Of a DNA stretch of 64,000 nucleotides, positions 51,842-64,000 are shown piece after piece. Source of the DNA: Trichosphaerium sp. ATCC 40318 (taxonomy: Eukaryota > Protista > Tubulinea); contig JALMLS010000315.1 of the NCBI GenBank assembly GCA_038496445.1, forward strand, positions 62,001 through 126,000, read 5' to 3'. A model generated the notes under the pieces. The model was not told the DNA's origin. It worked only from the letters and a program-made list of their open reading frames with translations, and did not search any database. How positions within the stretch are numbered: position 1 is the first letter of the stretch; every line of letters begins with the position of its first letter. The position numbers were made by a program, and so were the translations under genes.

Positions 51842-53105
51842 ATGGCTGAAGCTAAAGATTTATCAGATATTCTTGCGCGTATGCGCAAAGATTGTAAAAC
51901 AAAAGCTGTATTTGCGTCTGCGTTATCTACGCTTGGCAAATTAATCGTTAATTTGCAGAAAGAGCCTAATAATAAGGCGTACACGTACGTTTACAAACGC
52001 CAACATCCAAATTTCAGCAAACGTCGCTTATTTTTCTCAGCAAGGTTATGTTCTCCAATAAGGCTATGAAACGAACATTGTACGGCGTAACACAAGTTTT
52101 TTGTGTAATTTGTAACCAACTTTAGGTTTTCAAAAGGCGAAACGCCACAAGAGGTGAGAATACAACACCTTTATGCGTAACTGACAACGAAATAGTTTCT
52201 AGAAGCAACTGGATGGGCTACGCGTGCCAAAGGTATTAAAACATCACCGTAGTACCTAACAGTACTAGGACTCGAGTTTGTTGGCTCTAAAGCGGACCTA
52301 CAGAGGGCTTTAAGGTAAGGCATCGTGTAATTTGGTTATGTAACGTAAAACAGCGCAATACAAGACGCTCAGAATAGCAAAGCGCCAGTGCCTAAGGTTA
52401 TACGCTTCTATGGTGAAAAAAACCAATGGGGATGCTTTTCTAACTTCAGGTACTTTGGAATATCCTTAAATCAATACCACGATTGACAATATACCGCGTT
52501 AGCCCTCACCCATTCCAATTAAAAGGCAAACATTGGCCTACAACCGAACACTATTTTCAAGGTACAAAAAAATAGAAAAACATTATTCAACCGCCTCATT
52601 TTATTATTAGCAATGAAATTTGAAGGTACAGAGCATGAAGAAACAGTGAGAACTTGTAACACAGCTTCAGAATCGAAAAAACTTGGAAGGTATACCTGAA
52701 CTCTCTTAGAGACTTGGCACAAAAAAAAGTTTGACTTACTTTGAATTTAAGGTCGTTTAAGCTTCGTCCTGATTGGGAAACGGTAAAGGTCGAAATTATG
52801 TATGAATGTTGTCTAGGTACGTTGTATTTGAAGAAGAAATGATTGCTAATAGTGATCTTTTTAGAGAAATTTAAACAAAACGCTTCTATACGCCGTATTC
52901 TTCTTGGAACAGAAAATGCAAAGTTAGTAGAACACACAAGAAATGATAGTTATTGGGGTAAGCTAGTGAAGTTGTTATTAAGGTCATGTAACTTATAATG
53001 ATTGTAGGCGATGGAGGTAATGGTAGCGGGCAAAATAAGCTTGGTATTGTGTTAATGAGAGTGCGTGATACAATACGAAAAGAGCAAGAACAAAAGAAAC
53101 CTTAA
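51842..53105 (+). CDS. PUB domain + NADAR (YbiA/DUF1768) fusion protein
   Basis: ALSTLGKLIVNLQKEPNNKAYTKVMFSNK..EFLEATGW; IRFY..FSNF..WPTTEHYFQAMKF..LRPDWETVK..KFKQN..LVEH..DSYWGDG..GQNKLGIVLMRVR. Confidence 0.9.
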
Positions 53106-53264
53106 ATCAACTTTGATCTACACAACAGAACAAACTGATGAAGAAAGCATTAAAAAAAAGAAACAGCTTTGTGTATTTACAGAATCAAACTTTTGATACT
53201 ACATGTGTACAATTATCTTATATTAAGCTTTAATGTTATCAGCAAGGCACAGCATGTGCAGGAT

Positions 53265-55262
53265 TCATAGGGTTGTACGAAAATCCTACAAATCATATGA
53301 GTCAGAATTGTTACAGTTTTTGTTAAAGAGCGTACGTTCTGATACAATTTCAGGCTTCAAAGCGAATGGTTTTGTGTTTGGATCAACATCTAATTTTAGC
53401 TCTGGTTTTACGCTGTTAATGGATGCTCTTAATGTTTGAGTGTCACCCTTCCACCAGTATGGAATGTGAACAATTGAAATACCTGTAAGAAAAAAACAAG
53501 AATTAGTTTACCTTTGTTTTTAAAGAAAAAGCTTGGCACCTAGCCCACTACAAAGGTCCATTTTCTCAGCATCTAATGCCTCTCTACTTATAACCCACAT
53601 TCCTTCTGGAAAAATATTATCATGGTAGTGTTGTTGCCCTACAGAGGGTCCTTTAGAAAGGGATTGACAACGTCAAAATTCTAACCTTGATATTCGAATG
53701 CGAGACTGTATTCTGGTACAAAAACATCCACACTTAAATGTTCTCCAGTAGCATGTCTTATGCCTACCACGTGTTCTTCAAGTATTGGTTTCTTTGGAAA
53801 TATTGCTTTGACGCATTTCAACACGACCCTTTTGAAAAATGACCTGTAAGTAATGCATTGCAAACGAAAGACTTGCCTTTGCTCCGATTTTTTGTATGAA
53901 AACTTAAATTTTTTCCAGTCCCATGAATAATTTGGATACGCAAGTTGTAATGCATTTGGTAACTTGTCTGAAAGTTTAGATCCTCCTTCATCATGCAACT
54001 GACGTAGAGATAATCGATACCTACATTCAATAAATTAAGCAAAATCTTCAAGCATTTTGAATAAACAAAGGAAGAAAAAGTGCCAAGTGTGTACTAACCA
54101 ATTCTCCAAAGCATTCACTGTGAATCTTTTTCTAACGCGATTTATAAGACGAACACTTCTTAAAGCATCAAGTGCATTTTTATTCGCTTCAAAGAAATTA
54201 GGATATACACTAGCGAGAGTCCTATTAAGATTTCCGCCATGACTTCACAAAGAAAAAAGTTAGATATTTCAGTTCGTTGTACAAAAGGTATCAGTGCGTA
54301 CAAGTTTATCATACCACCTATTTTAAATTGAAGTATATTCTCATGAGTCACGCCAAACCATCCAGTAACATCCTTGATATCAAGCTTCTCCCCAATGTAG
54401 TCAAACATCTTTCTTTGATTTTCACTATTTTGCCAATACCCCATAGGCGAATGCCTTATAGAACACCATTATTCCTCCCCAACAAAAGTCACAATTATAC
54501 ATACCTGAATTTCCATTTTTTCCAATCATGTTCTGGATATAACGCCTGAACAGCAGTCGAAATTGAATCGTTATAGTATCTAGAACAAACATTTAACTTC
54601 TAATCTAAAAACTGTTACAAATTTATTGTTCTCACTGTCTGATTATGCCTCCTCCTGCACCACTATGTATCTGATGATGTGTTACATCATACCAACCATC
54701 TAGTGTTTTGACAAGGGCAATCTCAGCGATATCATCGAATGCTTTGCGTTGATTTGAAACCTCGTCCCAGTAGTTCTTTGGCGCTGACCTAAAAAACCGT
54801 TATTATGCTGTAACACTCAGAAATTATCCTACCTGAAATGCCATGGTTTCCAATCGTGATTTGGATATAGTGCGCGCAAGCACTGAGACAAAGAGCCCGA
54901 GTGGCTATTGTATAAAGTTATTCACGTGCAACCACTGCTATTTTACTCTACGTACAATTTGAGCATGCTAGAGCCTCCCATGGCACGCACAGTCCTGCGT
55001 ACAGTGTTGTACCAGCCATCAAGGTCTTTGACGTTTAGAAGTTTAGCAAGTTCGTTCAGTTTTTTTCGCTGGAGTGTGCTGCTTTGTAGCTCTTCTCTTA
55101 TTTCACGTGATGAACGCCGTCGCCTTGGAATACGTGATTTAATGAGCCTAGGATCTTCTAGCGCTGCTTTTAACGTTTTCATTGTTGTTGACATATGGTC
55201 TTTTTAAAACAGCCCTTTTGTGCTTCTATACAGCGTCTAATACGCGAAAAGCGGTAAATCAT
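53265..55262 (-). CDS. Tandem W-rich repeat protein with C-terminal RAP/Vsr-like PD-(D/E)XK domain; probable mitochondrial presequence
   Basis: Repeats YW...NQRK.FD.I......GWY.VT..GG...Y...L...YP.HDWK.W.F; VDVFVPEYSLAFEYQGQQHY..GISIVHIPYWW; N-terminus MIYRFSRIRRYHMST. Confidence 0.8.
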
Positions 55263-55558
55263 CGCTGTAAATATGTACTGTAGCAAACCATCTCTAAATA
55301 CTATTAACTACGCTTCCAAATACAAAGCAATGATATTTTTATCGTTTTAAAGGCTTTAAACGGTATTTTACAGTTGGGAGGTTACATTATCAACTTTACC
55401 ACCAAACGACGACGAGTGCGCACCAGAGGCTGTTATAATACAATTCTTAACTATTAAATACACTTCTACCAACGACGTCCTACACAGAATACACTAAGGC
55501 ACGTCATTTGACTTAACGGTGCGCATTTTATTGCTACCGTTTTAGCTTTCCACAAGCT

Positions 55559-56902
55559 TTACCAACGTCTTGTGGTTTTTCAGCAACAATACTTTAGCTC
55601 CAATCGTAACCACTATCAAGGAGTCTGACACCCCTAACACATTTCAGTCATAACTGGTCGCAAAACAAGAATGTCAAACAATAATGATGTAACTCACCTA
55701 TATGAAACTTTGATTCAACGCTGAGGTTGAATTTGAGTTGGGTCTTTGGAAAATACTTGATTATTTTTCCAGGTTTTTCCGTTATAATCACGTGACCCTT
55801 ATTATCTATTCCGAATTTCACGTATCCTGACCCTTTACTACTTGAATGGATAACTTCGGAAAAACCGTTTGGGTAAATCCGACGAACACAAGGAAGTGGA
55901 TTGTCATCTTTAAAATAAACGCTTCCATCTTTTCCCCTTAGTGTGGTGTTAAGATCACACGTAAGCCTTGAATGAAACATTCTCAACGTACATTGTAATG
56001 TCTGAAGGGAAATATAAGCTGGCTGGATGATAAACCTTTGTTCTAGAAGGTTTGCCAGAAATAACTTGGGAAGTATTATCGCTCAATGAAATCTTATGTA
56101 CGCAATGATTAAGGCTATCTGTAGCAAACAGGATAGTCTCATTTTGAGAGAAGCAAAGTGATTTAAATCTCACGCCTTTAAGAGGAGCATGGTTGATAAC
56201 TATGGTAGACACTGTTCTCTTTGTAGTGTCGATGAACCTCACTTTACGATTATCCACATCTGTTATCTATCATTTGATGTTAATAAAACAACACATTATT
56301 TCTAACGTGTACATATAGGTTATCATCTTTGTCAACAGCACAATGGTAAGGGCTTTTGAACTTGGCAACTTCAAATGAACCGTCAGCAAATCCTTTTTCT
56401 CCTCTGGCGATAGGTAAGCGAATAAACGAGTTGGCAGAGTTAATAAAGTACCCAAGGTTTATGTCCAATGTATTGTTGTCTGTGTCGTATCTGACAATCT
56501 TGTTAGTATTCAATGACACCCCTATTATCTATGCATTCATGTTTAGAAGTTAGTAGTGGCGTTGCGTACTCTTCCTTTTGAATCGGTTGTAATTGTGTTT
56601 GGTTTTATAGCTGTAACGGCTTTAGGTAACTTCCCTACCTTCTCAGTGCGATATACACGGTAAATAGCCTTTTTTTGTTATTAGTGGCAGTAAAGAGGAT
56701 CGAACAGTACCTTACCTTCGTCTGTCGCTTTAATTATGTCGCTAAACCGTTTACACACGTAAGTTGGCGTTAAAAAGTCTTTCCCTTGAATGAATTGAAA
56801 TACGCTCGTAAGCACTTCATTGGGAAGATCCCACAATGGAGAGTTTGAATTCTCAATACTAGGATAGCTAAAATAGCCTGTAATTTGCTTCACCACATTC
56901 AT
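55559..56902 (-). CDS. F-box + NHL-repeat protein
   Basis: LWDLPNEVLTSVFQFI..VCKRF; GFADGSFEVAKFKSPYHCAVDKDDNLYITDVDNRKVR; LFATDSLNHCVHKI. Confidence 0.82.
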
Positions 56903-57019
56903 TCGGTTATGCTACGAGTGCGTTGGTTCAATTATACTGGTAATCGCTTTAATTTAAGTAAGTATCCATGGCTGTTAAGACAATTTAAGAAAAAAGGGTA
57001 ACTGCCGGCGCCTTCGCCT

Positions 57020-64000
<6,981 letters not shown>

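Overview
Gene-dense, AT-rich eukaryotic DNA with many very short (~30-80 nt) spliceosomal introns, so the ORF track fragments almost every gene. Gene models below were spliced by eye and their boundaries are approximate. Gene content (CudA/STAT-like factor, GAPA-type IQGAP, class C GPCR, Lvs-like BEACH protein) suggests an amoebozoan protist (inference). About 25 genes are present. Most notable: (1) a myristoylated ankyrin + 2OG-Fe(II) hydroxylase + F-box + truncated actin-fold protein; (2) an unannotated ~170-nt highly structured RNA-like element at 51061-51230 beside a DHHC palmitoyltransferase start; (3) in-frame fusions of a recoverin-type Ca2+ sensor with an inositol polyphosphate kinase, a Cdc15/SepA-like kinase with an IQGAP module, and PUB with NADAR; (4) a transcription factor built like NF-kB p105; (5) an intronless island of giant-virus-like F-box/MORN and F-box/LRR genes; (6) frequent GC-AG introns. 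No rRNA, tRNA or CRISPR array was recognised.
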